Source: Acutalibacteraceae bacterium
GTDB lineage: Bacteria > Bacillota > Clostridia > Oscillospirales > Acutalibacteraceae
Length of the DNA stretch: 63,334 nt
Direction of reading: 5' to 3'
Assembly (NCBI GenBank): GCA_045658745.1
Contig: JAZOVO010000094.1
Location: 1 to 63,334 of the forward strand
The notes beneath the pieces are model-generated. The model was not told where the DNA came from, searched no databases, and saw only the letters and a list, made by a program, of their open reading frames with translations. Shown here piece after piece: positions 25,417-33,464 of this stretch (position 1 is its first letter; every line of letters starts with the position of its first letter). The position numbers and the translations under genes were made by a program.

Positions 25417-27123
25417 TTACTGCGGAACGGGGTCTGAAAGCTTCATAAAATCAATCTTTTCCATCTTCGTTCTGGGAAGAAGCTCCATAACCTCATACTT
25501 CCTCGGTACGGAAATGCTCTCAAGATTAGCCTTGCAGAATTCCTTTACATCAGCAAGTGCTTTTTCTCTGTCAACACCGTTCTTAAAGGACATAACAAGC
25601 TTGACAAGAGGCTTTCCGTCCTCGCTGTAGCCCTGAACGGCACAGACCTCGTTGATATAGTCGAGGGTGTCAACCTTTTCCTCAATGGTAGCGGGATAAA
25701 TGTTGTAGCCCGAAATGATGATGATTCTCTTCTTTCTGCCCGCAAAGTACATAAAGCCGTCCTCGTCAAGGTAGCCCATGTCACCTGTCTTTATCCAGTC
25801 AACGCCGTTTTCGTCGGTGTAAATACCGCTTTCGTTGATGGTATCGTCGGGAAGATAGCCGTTCATAAGGGTGTCACCGGTAACACAGATTTCACCGACT
25901 GCGCCCGTGGGAAGCCTGTTGCCCTCGTCGTCCCAGATTTCGATTGTGAGACCGTAAAGGGGGAAGCCCGTTGATTCCTTGCGGTAGGGGCCTGCACCGC
26001 CGTTTGAGGTAACAACGCCGCAAACCTCGGTAAGTCCGTAGCCACGGCACATTCTTGCCGTAGCGCCGTGCTTTTCCATAATTGCATCAAAGCCGTCAAC
26101 AAATGCCTGACTTACTATGTCGGAGCCTGCGAATACCATCGCAAGGTTCTTTGTGCCCTCGTTTTCGAAATTATCCTCCTGCATCATCTTCTGGAACATC
26201 TTCGGAACGCCGATAAACTCAATAACGTTGTATCTGCGGATAATATCGTTCGTCTGATGTGCATCAAACTTTGCACAAAGGAAGGGCTTGTAAGCGTTAC
26301 AGACGCCGTAGTGGATAACGCCTGCAAGACCGTAAGCGTGGAAGCAGGGGATTGCGCTGATGCAATGGCAGGTTTTATAGTCGTGGGGGATATCAAGAAG
26401 GTAGAACTTGTATGCAAGACTGTTGAAGGCGTAGCTTGAAAGACGGATGGTCTTGCTTTTGCCTGTTGTTCCGCCGCCGTGCATATAGAAGGCGTCCTGC
26501 TTGCCCATATCCTTTACGGTCTCCGCTTCGGGAAGCTTCATTTTAAGGATATCTCTGTAAAGGGTGTAGCTTTCGACCTCGGGAAGAACGGCGTTCTGCT
26601 TTTCGTTGTAAAGTGCATATTGAAGCGCCGTACCGTCGCAGAAGTCGGAAACAGAGCCTACGATTGTAGGATAGTTTTTAAGAAGGGGAGCAAAGGGTAC
26701 TGCAAGAAGGTCGAGAGTGAGGATGCCCTTGCTTCCTGTGTGTGCCATAATCTGTGCAAGCATATTCGGCGGGGTCATAGGATGGACATAGTTTGCAATA
26801 ATGCCGAGCTTGTTAAGAGCGTAGAGAGCAACAACGGCGTGGCCGCAGTTGGGGAGGAAGACGGTGTAGACGTCACCCTTTTTAAGACCGATTGATACAA
26901 AGTAGCTTGCAAGCTTTTCAATGTCGCTTAAAAGGCGGGGCATTCTTACTGCGGATTCCTTGTCGGCAACGGGAATCATAAAGGCTATATAATCGTCACC
27001 GAGGTCCTTACGGATACGGTTATAGCATTCAAGGAGATATTCATAGCAGGATTCCGTGCCGGGAGCAGTAAGGTACTGTTCAACGTGAGGGCCGTAGTCT
27101 GAGGGGGTCATTCTGATCGCCAT
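25417..27123 (-). CDS. AMP-dependent synthetase/ligase (acyl-CoA ligase family)
   Basis: 568 aa. AMP-binding motif HGGGTTGKSK and C-terminal TGDMGYLDEDGFMYFAGRKKR. Confidence 0.85.
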   Translation of the reverse strand: MAIRMTPSDYGPHVEQYLTAPGTESCYEYLLECYNRIRKDLGDDYIAFMIPVADKESAVRMPRLLSDIEKLASYFVSIGLKKGDVYTVFLPNCGHAVVALYALNKLGIIANYVHPMTPPNMLAQIMAHTGSKGILTLDLLAVPFAPLLKNYPTIVGSVSDFCDGTALQYALYNEKQNAVLPEVESYTLYRDILKMKLPEAETVKDMGKQDAFYMHGGGTTGKSKTIRLSSYAFNSLAYKFYLLDIPHDYKTCHCISAIPCFHAYGLAGVIHYGVCNAYKPFLCAKFDAHQTNDIIRRYNVIEFIGVPKMFQKMMQEDNFENEGTKNLAMVFAGSDIVSQAFVDGFDAIMEKHGATARMCRGYGLTEVCGVVTSNGGAGPYRKESTGFPLYGLTIEIWDDEGNRLPTGAVGEICVTGDTLMNGYLPDDTINESGIYTDENGVDWIKTGDMGYLDEDGFMYFAGRKKRIIIISGYNIYPATIEEKVDTLDYINEVCAVQGYSEDGKPLVKLVMSFKNGVDREKALADVKEFCKANLESISVPRKYEVMELLPRTKMEKIDFMKLSDPVPQ

Positions 27124-27365
27124 TAGGTAAACCTTCCTTTTTGATTATTTCGAAATTATGACAACTAATCACAATTTCATATTACGCAACTATTATAAAC
27201 CCAGCGAATTTTTAAGTCAATGGTCAAATTGTGATAAAATGTAACAAATTATACTATAACAGAAAAAATGTTGCTTAAAAGCAAAAGGCCGTAAATTGTT
27301 GACTAAAGCTTAATAAAGGTATATAATTAGTAAAAACTAATTCCGGAACAGGAAGGTAAAAGGAT

Positions 27366-27704
27366 ATGTCAAAAGCAAGAAGAGAAGAAATACAGAAGAA
27401 GCAGAAGACGAAGCTTATCGTATCGGTTGTGGCTGTTGTAGTGGCTGTTGTTATTGCCGTTGGCGGCATTGTGGCGGTCAGCTTCAACAAGTGTGACGAC
27501 TGCGGTACGACGTTCTTCGGCAAGGGCTACTACAAGGAAAAGTCAGGCGAGGGCGTACTCGGCTCACTTTTCGGCTCACTTTTAGGTGACACGGACAAGA
27601 CTCCCCTTGAAACCGAGGAGGGTGTTGTAATCTGCCTTGAGTGTGCGAAGAACAACACCTCGGTAAAATCCGAGCTTCGCGATGTAAGCGACTTCAAGAG
27701 ATAA
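27366..27704 (+). CDS. Membrane-anchored protein with CxxC...CxxC zinc-ribbon-like motif
   Basis: 112 aa. Basic N-terminus, one TM segment (VVAVVVAVVIAVGGIVAV), then CDDC ... CLEC. Confidence 0.55.
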   Translation: MSKARREEIQKKQKTKLIVSVVAVVVAVVIAVGGIVAVSFNKCDDCGTTFFGKGYYKEKSGEGVLGSLFGSLLGDTDKTPLETEEGVVICLECAKNNTSVKSELRDVSDFKR

Positions 27705-27717
27705 GCATAACAAAAAA

Positions 27718-27741
27718 AGCACCCGAGAGGGTGCTTTTTTT
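27718..27741 (+). terminator. Intrinsic terminator
   Basis: AGCACCC-GAGA-GGGTGCT followed by TTTTTT. Confidence 0.8.
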
Positions 27742-27748
27742 AGGGCCG

Positions 27749-27769
27749 AGTAGTCAGTAGTCAGTAGTC
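27749..27769 (+). repeat. (AGTAGTC)3 heptamer array
   Basis: Three perfect tandem heptamers followed by AGGG + hairpin. Same module at 31727, 37121 (degenerate), 43098 and 60425, plus a single unit at 15509. Confidence 0.8.
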
Positions 27770-27789
27770 AGGGATGCCTTCGGCGGGTT

Positions 27790-27876
27790 AAATGCAAAAT
27801 GCAAAATGCAAAATGCAAAATTATTGGTCGCTTCGCTCCGAATTGTAAGCGGACACGGCAAGCCGTGTCCCTACGG
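27790..27876 (+). mobile_element. Left-end fragment of the (AAATGC)n MITE fused to a CTAC-flanked hairpin
   Basis: (AAATGC)5 + GGTCGCTTCGCTCCG, then GCGGACACGGCAAGCCGTGTCCCTACGG. There is no right TIR; the sequence continues into the 430-nt core. Confidence 0.7.
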
Positions 27877-27885
27877 TAACTCATA

Positions 27886-28317
27886 CAACCCACGTCCGTC
27901 TGTACAACCTTGGAGGACGGATATATCTGAAAGCACCCACGGAGCGGATTGCGAATGTCGGGTACACGGTAGTTAAAAGGCTGGCGGAAAATTAGACGAT
28001 TGCGGATTTTGATAAACTCGACGGACGTAGCGGACTCATTGGTAGAAAGTATCCTTAAGCAGAGTTGTACGTGAGCTTTACCCTCGGGTAGAGCAGTAGT
28101 AATGTGAATTTTTCCGTCAGTGGGGACGTTGCAAGAACTACGGCGGTGGGATGAGGGGAGAAGTGTTACTCCTTTAATCACGGCAGATGCGGAAAAATTC
28201 ACCGCCACTGCGGACCTCCTCGACGGACCAAAGCGCGTTTTTGCTTACTTTTGTCGCAATCTACAAAAGTAAGTGCCGCCCGCACAGGGCTGTAGAACTA
28301 AAAAGCAACAACCGCGG
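27886..28317. repeat. ~430-nt conserved non-coding core, copy 1 (candidate structured RNA / non-autonomous element)
   Basis: Colinear with 31850-32279, 37328-37756 and 55736-56243, all in the same orientation. No conserved ORF. Compensatory hairpin substitutions between copies. Functional strand unknown. Confidence 0.85.
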
Positions 28318-28561
28318 AGAGAGAAAAGGAATTTCTTGCGGCAGGAGCGAGCCCCTGCCCTACGGTTTAACCGTACCGCCATCATAAAATATACGGTTTC
28401 AGACAGCAGAACGTAAAAAAAGCAACCGCGGCGGGTAAAAATCAACAAGCCGCCGATGCGGCGGCGCTACAATATAATCCGAACGCGGACGTGTAAAAAA
28501 CAAAGAGGGCGGCAGATTGCCGCCCCTACGCGGATACACATAATTAAAAGTCATCGGTAAA

Positions 28562-28589
28562 ATAAAAAAGATGAGGGGCTCTGCCCCTC
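28562..28589 (-). terminator. Intrinsic terminator of the pseudouridine synthase gene
   Basis: On the minus strand: GAGGGGC-AGA-GCCCCTC followed by ATCTTTTTTATTTT. Confidence 0.7.
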
Positions 28590-28594
28590 ACCCC

Positions 28595-28626
28595 GCAAGC
28601 TTTTGTAAAAGCTTGGCCAAAACTTT
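28595..28626 (-). repeat. SPE-H copy
   Basis: Sense to the minus-strand gene. The AAAGTTTTGG leader overlaps its TAA stop (28625-28627). Confidence 0.85.
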
Positions 28627-29497
28627 ATGCTCTTTTTTCCTCTAAAAGCCTTGCCATATCCTCAGGCAGCTCCGCCTTAACCTCAATCCTCTCACCCGTA
28701 ACAGGATGCCTGAACACAACCTCACCGCAATGTAACGCCTGCCTGCCGATTGTCGGATGCTCACACCCGTACATTCTGTCACCGTAAAGCGGCGTGCCGA
28801 GAAAAGCAAAATGAACCCTTATCTGATGTGTCCTGCCCGTTTCAAGGTGGATACGTAAAAAGCTGTAATCCTCACCGCTTTCAAGCACCTCATAATGCGT
28901 GACGGCTCTGTCACCGCGGTCGTCAGCCGTGCGGTAGGTCTTCATCGGGTCGGGTCGGTAAATCGGCTTGTCAATCGTTCCGCTTCCCTCATAATGCCCC
29001 GTGGCAATCGCATAATAGGTCTTTTCAAAATTTCCCGAAAGCCTCGCCGCTGCGTGACTGTTAAGGGCGCAGATTACAAGTCCGCTCGTTCCCTTATCAA
29101 GCCTTCCCACCGCACGGAAGGAAAGGCTCTTGCCCTTTTTTGTAAGGTATCCCGCCACCGCATTTGCCAGAGTGTCACCCTGATGATTGTGGCTTTCGTG
29201 CATAGGAAGCATTGCGTGCTTGTCTATAACAAGCACGTCCTCGTCCTCATATACAACGCTGAGGGGGTAGTCCGTCGGTATAGAATGGTTTTCATCCTCG
29301 GGAATGGAAAGGGTCACTCTGTCACCGCCGTGAAGCAGGTCAACGGTACGTGCATTCTCTCCGTTTATTTTTATTCCGCCCTCAACTCGCTTAAGTGAGC
29401 GCAGAAGCCTTACGGAAATTTTAACGTGACCTCTCAGAAAGCTTATCAGCTTCTTGCCCTCAAAATATTCTTCAACAGTATATTCTATTATTCTCAA
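28625..29497 (-). CDS. RluA-family pseudouridine synthase with S4-like N-terminus (RluD-like)
   Basis: 290 aa. Catalytic motif VGRLDKGTSGLV and THQIRVH. Confidence 0.85.
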   Translation of the reverse strand: MRIIEYTVEEYFEGKKLISFLRGHVKISVRLLRSLKRVEGGIKINGENARTVDLLHGGDRVTLSIPEDENHSIPTDYPLSVVYEDEDVLVIDKHAMLPMHESHNHQGDTLANAVAGYLTKKGKSLSFRAVGRLDKGTSGLVICALNSHAAARLSGNFEKTYYAIATGHYEGSGTIDKPIYRPDPMKTYRTADDRGDRAVTHYEVLESGEDYSFLRIHLETGRTHQIRVHFAFLGTPLYGDRMYGCEHPTIGRQALHCGEVVFRHPVTGERIEVKAELPEDMARLLEEKRA

Positions 29498-29502
29498 TTC
29501 AA

Positions 29503-30957
29503 TTAACCCTTTTTGGAGTATTCGTCAAGAAGACGCTTCTTTTCGTCCCAGAGCTTCTGCGAAAGGTCAACATAATAGGTATGGGGATTTTCAAAGCGCT
29601 TTACCTCGTCCCAGAGAGTGTCAACCTGCTCGTTGCAGTATTTCTTGATATCCTTGATATCGGGGCTCTGATAGCAGCTTTCGCCCTTGTCGAAGATTTT
29701 TACAAGCAGGGGCTTTGCCTCAATATTAGTAACCGTCTTGCGCTTCCATGTGTAAACGGGGTCGAAAAGCTCATAGCTGTCAACACCTTCAAGCTCCTCG
29801 TCAATAAGCGTGATTACGTCAGCCAGAGCCTTGCCGCTGTCCTTGTCAAAAAGGCGGTACAGCTTCTTTGCGCAGGGAGTTGTAATCTTCTGAACATTTT
29901 CACTCAATTTGATACGGGGTACGGGAACTCCGTCCTCCTCAACGGCTACGATTTTATAAACGCCGCCGAAAACGGGAGCGGATGCCGCTGTAATAAGCCT
30001 TTCGCCTACGCCGAAGGAGTCAACCTGAGCACCCTGCATAAGCATATCGCGGATAATAATTTCATCAAGGGAGTTACTTGCAACAATCTTACAGTCGGGG
30101 AAGCCTGCATCGTCGAGCATCTTCCTTGCCTTTTTTGAAAGATATGTGATATCACCTGAGTCGATTCTGATACCCTTGGGACGGAAGCCTCTGGGAAGCA
30201 CCTCTCTTCTGAACGCCTCAATAGCGTTGGGGATACCCGTCTTAAGCACATTGTAGGTATCTACAAGGAGTGTGCAGTTGTCGGGATACTGTCTTGCATA
30301 GGCGCAGAAGGCTTCAAGCTCGTCGCCGAAAAGCTGAATCCAGGAGTGAGCCATTGTGCCTACTGCGGGGATACCGAAATCTCTCTCGTCAATAGCGCAG
30401 GCAGTTGCGTCACAGCCGCCGATATAAGCTGCTCTTGCGCCGTAAATTGCGGCGTCATAGCCCTGGGCGCGGCGTGAGCCGAATTCCATTATAATGCGGT
30501 CACCTGCTGCTCTTTTAAGGCGGTTTGCCTTAGTTGCGATAAGTGACTGATGGTTTATTGTAAGAAGTATCATCGTTTCAATAAGCTGAGCCTCAATAAC
30601 GGGGCCCTTTACAACAATAATAGGCTCACCGGGGAAAATCGGAGTACCCTCGGGGATAGCCCACACGTCGCAGGAGAACTTAAAGTTACGCAGATAATCG
30701 ATGAAATCCTCGTTGAAGCCCTTTTTGGCAAAAAGCTCCAAATCCTTTTGTGTAAATTTGAGGTTTTTCAGATAGTCGATAAGCTGTCTCAGACCTGCCA
30801 TAATTGCAAAGCCGCCGTTGTCGGGAACTCTTCTGAAGAACATATCGAAATAAGCAACCTTATCCTGCATGCCGTTGGCAAAATAGCCGTTAGCCATTGA
30901 AAGCTCATAGAAATCCATAAGCATTGTAAGGTTTCTTGATTCAAGTGTGTTGCTCAT
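29503..30957 (-). CDS. pncB: Nicotinate phosphoribosyltransferase
   Basis: 484 aa. The N-terminal MLMDFYELSMANGYF and the length are typical of Firmicutes PncB. Confidence 0.9.
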   Translation of the reverse strand: MSNTLESRNLTMLMDFYELSMANGYFANGMQDKVAYFDMFFRRVPDNGGFAIMAGLRQLIDYLKNLKFTQKDLELFAKKGFNEDFIDYLRNFKFSCDVWAIPEGTPIFPGEPIIVVKGPVIEAQLIETMILLTINHQSLIATKANRLKRAAGDRIIMEFGSRRAQGYDAAIYGARAAYIGGCDATACAIDERDFGIPAVGTMAHSWIQLFGDELEAFCAYARQYPDNCTLLVDTYNVLKTGIPNAIEAFRREVLPRGFRPKGIRIDSGDITYLSKKARKMLDDAGFPDCKIVASNSLDEIIIRDMLMQGAQVDSFGVGERLITAASAPVFGGVYKIVAVEEDGVPVPRIKLSENVQKITTPCAKKLYRLFDKDSGKALADVITLIDEELEGVDSYELFDPVYTWKRKTVTNIEAKPLLVKIFDKGESCYQSPDIKDIKKYCNEQVDTLWDEVKRFENPHTYYVDLSQKLWDEKKRLLDEYSKKG

Positions 30958-31141
30958 TTTATCAACCGCCTTTTATAAATATGGTATAATTATACTACTT
31001 TGTGTCAAAAATTTAAAGACATTTAAAGATTTTTTTATTTTAAAAATAATTTGCAAGCAGCGGTATAATTTCGCTTTGGAAAATTAGATAAAATCAACAA
31101 GAAAATTGTTGCATTTTTAACAAAAATGTCATTGTATTTCC

Positions 31142-31170
31142 TTGACAAACTTTTCTCGCTGTGGTAAAAT
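31142..31170 (+). promoter_or_regulatory. sigma-A-type promoter of XRE gene
   Basis: TTGACA (31142-31147), 17-nt spacer, TAAAAT (31165-31170) with a TGG extended -10. Confidence 0.7.
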
Positions 31171-31229
31171 TTTCAAGGAAATCAGTCAATACTGATACTA
31201 TAGCAAATAACATGAAGGTGTGAAAAAAC

Positions 31230-31478
31230 ATGAGAATTCGTAAGCAGGCCCTTGGTGACCGTAACATTGTAGGCGCAAGAATTGAGGCAAAAAGAAAAGA
31301 GTTAGGTATTAAGCAGATTGACCTGCTCACCCAGCTTCAGATTAAGGGTGTTGAGCTTACTGCTTCAGGACTTTCAAAGCTTGAAGGACAGATCAGAAGC
31401 GTATGCGACTATGAGCTTGTAGCTATCGCTGAGGTGCTCGGCGTTTCAATCAACTGGCTTGTAGGCAAGGAAGACTGA
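31230..31478 (+). CDS. XRE-family helix-turn-helix regulator
   Basis: 82 aa. HTH_3-like LGIKQIDLLTQLQIKGVELTASGLSKLE. Confidence 0.8.
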   Translation: MRIRKQALGDRNIVGARIEAKRKELGIKQIDLLTQLQIKGVELTASGLSKLEGQIRSVCDYELVAIAEVLGVSINWLVGKED

Positions 31479-31502
31479 TTAAAACAGTCCGAATAAATAA
31501 AA

Positions 31503-31547
31503 ATACAGGTATTTTAAGCGTGGACTTAAGATACCTGTTATTTTTTT
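31503..31547 (+). terminator. Intrinsic terminator
   Basis: ATACAGGTAT...ATACCTGTTA stem followed by TTTTTTT. Confidence 0.75.
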
Positions 31548-31574
31548 AGTTTACTTTAAATGACCTCGCCGGTC

Positions 31575-31633
31575 GGGCATCGTCACCGAAGCGCCGCCTG
31601 TGGCGGATGAAGCGATTTTGGGAACCGCAGGAG
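31575..31633 (+). repeat. Family-B element, internally deleted copy
   Basis: GGGCATCGTCACCGAAGCGCCGCCTGTGGCGGATGA joined directly to AGCGATTTTGGGAACCGCAGGAG. Confidence 0.7.
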
Positions 31634-31650
31634 GGAGCGACGCATTGTAA

Positions 31651-31722
31651 CCCCTCCGTCAAAATCGGAGATTTTGACACCTCCCCTTTCAGGGGAGGAA
31701 ACTGTACACCCTCGGAGGACGG
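31651..31722. repeat. Multi-hairpin module (CCTCCGTC...GGAGGACGG type)
   Basis: GTCAAAATC-GGAG-ATTTTGAC and CCTCCCC-TTTC-AGGGGAGG. Near-identical to the 79-nt insertion inside core copy 4. Confidence 0.75.
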
Positions 31723-31849
31723 AGTTGTAGAGTAGTCAGTAGCCAGTAGTCAGGGAACGTCTGCGGCGTTTGGGGTTACCCTCTCCGTCACCCTGCGGGT
31801 GCCACCTCTCCCAAAGGGAGAGGCAAGTATACAACCCGCCCCACTCATT

Positions 31850-32279
31850 CATCCCACGTTCGTCTGTAGAACCTTGGAGGACGGATATATATAAAATAAC
31901 CCGCGGAGCGGATTGCGAATGTCGGGTACACGGTGGTTGAAGAGGTGGCAGAAAATTAGACGATTGCGGATTTTGATAAATATGACGGACGTAGCGGACT
32001 CATTTGTACAAATTATCCTTAAATAGAGTTGTACGTGAGCTTTACCCTCGGGTAGAGCAGTAGTAATGTGAATTTTTCCGTCAGTGGGGACGTTGCAAGA
32101 ACTACGGCGGTGGGATGAGGGGAGAAGTGTTAACCGTTATGAACAGGTTAATACGGAAAAATTCACCGCCACTGCGGACCTCCTCGTACAACCCAAGAGC
32201 GCTTTGCATACTTTGCCGCTCCGGGCAAAGTATGAGCCCCGCGGCTTGAGCGGGTAGAACATAAAAGAGGCAACCACGG
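31850..32279. repeat. ~430-nt conserved non-coding core, copy 2
   Basis: Shares the first 49 nt of the variable arm with copy 1, then diverges into its own hairpin TTAACC..GGTTAA. Confidence 0.85.
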
Positions 32280-32382
32280 AAGATGAAAAGCAACAACGTA
32301 AGGTTTAAAAAAATAGAACGTAAAAATAAGTAACCGCGTAAAATAAAAAAAGACGAAGGGGGCTCTGCCTCCCTCACCCTCC

Positions 32383-32414
32383 GCAAGCTTTTGTAAAAGC
32401 TTGACCAAAACTTT
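32383..32414 (-). repeat. SPE-H copy
   Basis: Ends 11 nt from the ATP-grasp gene stop, sense to it. On the minus strand it is followed by a GC hairpin and T-run (32345-32376). Confidence 0.85.
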
Positions 32415-32425
32415 ATGCTTTTGCA

Positions 32426-33448
32426 TCAAAGCTTGATTTTCATAACCTCTTCAAACTTAGCCTTGATGCCCTCGTCGCCGTCACGGTGGCGGTAGTTCTG
32501 CACCATATCGTAGCTGGGGAAGTTGTTACCCTCAACAAGGATGGGTCCTTTTTCCGTAATAGCGATATCCCAGCCGACGTAGCGCATACCGGGAACAACA
32601 AGAGCAGCTTTCTTTACAAGCTCAACCGCCTCGGCAAAATAGGGAATCTCAAAGCCGATAAGCCTTGTGCCTGAGGTGGGGTGAATATCGTGACAGATGC
32701 CCTCCTTGTCGCAGAAGGCGGCGTGGGTGATGATGCCGTCAGCATTAACGGGGGCGTACATACCGCCGCTTGAAATGTTGTCAACCTTTGCGCCCTTCTG
32801 ACCCATTCTGATAAGAGCATACATAAAGTGAGGAACATTGTCATTGTCAACAAGGGTAACCATTCTGAGAGTGTTTACGCTGCCTGAGTAAAGCTCATTC
32901 ATTTTCGGGTGCTGAACAATAGCATCCTCAATAAGGTACTGCTTGTTTTCCGTAAGCCTTGCGAAAAGCTCGCCAAAATCGGTTTCGTCGGAAAGCGGCT
33001 CTCTTGTAATACCCTGACCGCCGAAGGTTTCCGTCTGCTTTGCAAAAACAACGTCCTTGCCCCTGCAGAAGCCTTCAAGGTCAGCGGCAGTCTTGCCCTC
33101 AAGGTTGAGGAAGCCTCTGCCCGTGAATTCACCGAAATGCTCGAAGAAGAGCACCTTGTTGTCGAAAAGCTTGTAGTCCTCGGGATTATTGACCTGGCGG
33201 ACAAGGGAAAGGTTTTCGTTCATTGTCATAAAGGTCTTTCTTTTTGCGCCCTTTACCTTTGCAAAGCCGAAAACGTGGTAATCAAGGTAACCGATATTAG
33301 CCGTTACAGCACAGATAATCATATCGATAAAGGTGACAATTTTAGCCTGACCGAGCTCATCGTGAATCTGGTCAATGATGCCGAACATTGTCTTGAAGCT
33401 CATTGTTCTTACTCTGCCGAAAAAGATTTTTATTTTACGAAGCATAGT
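32426..33448 (-). CDS. Sugar-transfer-associated ATP-grasp protein (TupA-like)
   Basis: 340 aa from ATG 33448, which avoids overlap with the ADH stop. IRMGQKGAKVDNISSGGMYAPV and the C-terminal GWDIAITEKGPILVEGN are typical of this ATP-grasp family. Confidence 0.65.
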   Translation of the reverse strand, partial: TMLRKIKIFFGRVRTMSFKTMFGIIDQIHDELGQAKIVTFIDMIICAVTANIGYLDYHVFGFAKVKGAKRKTFMTMNENLSLVRQVNNPEDYKLFDNKVLFFEHFGEFTGRGFLNLEGKTAADLEGFCRGKDVVFAKQTETFGGQGITREPLSDETDFGELFARLTENKQYLIEDAIVQHPKMNELYSGSVNTLRMVTLVDNDNVPHFMYALIRMGQKGAKVDNISSGGMYAPVNADGIITHAAFCDKEGICHDIHPTSGTRLIGFEIPYFAEAVELVKKAALVVPGMRYVGWDIAITEKGPILVEGNNFPSYDMVQNYRHRDGDEGIKAKFEEVMKIKL

Positions 33449-33464
33449 TGAATCTCCTTTTATA

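Noticed and set aside
27768-28208. 146-aa minus-strand ORF covering core copy 1.
   Set aside because: The corresponding frame is interrupted in copies 2-4 (no ORF of 60 aa or more across the same conserved block). It has no RBS and its composition is implausible.
27886-28317. Group II intron, retron or DGR as an explanation for the 430-nt core.
   Set aside because: There is no reverse transcriptase or maturase ORF in or near any copy. There is no GUGYG 5' end or domain-V-like motif that I can see. No template/variable-repeat pair lies next to a target gene.
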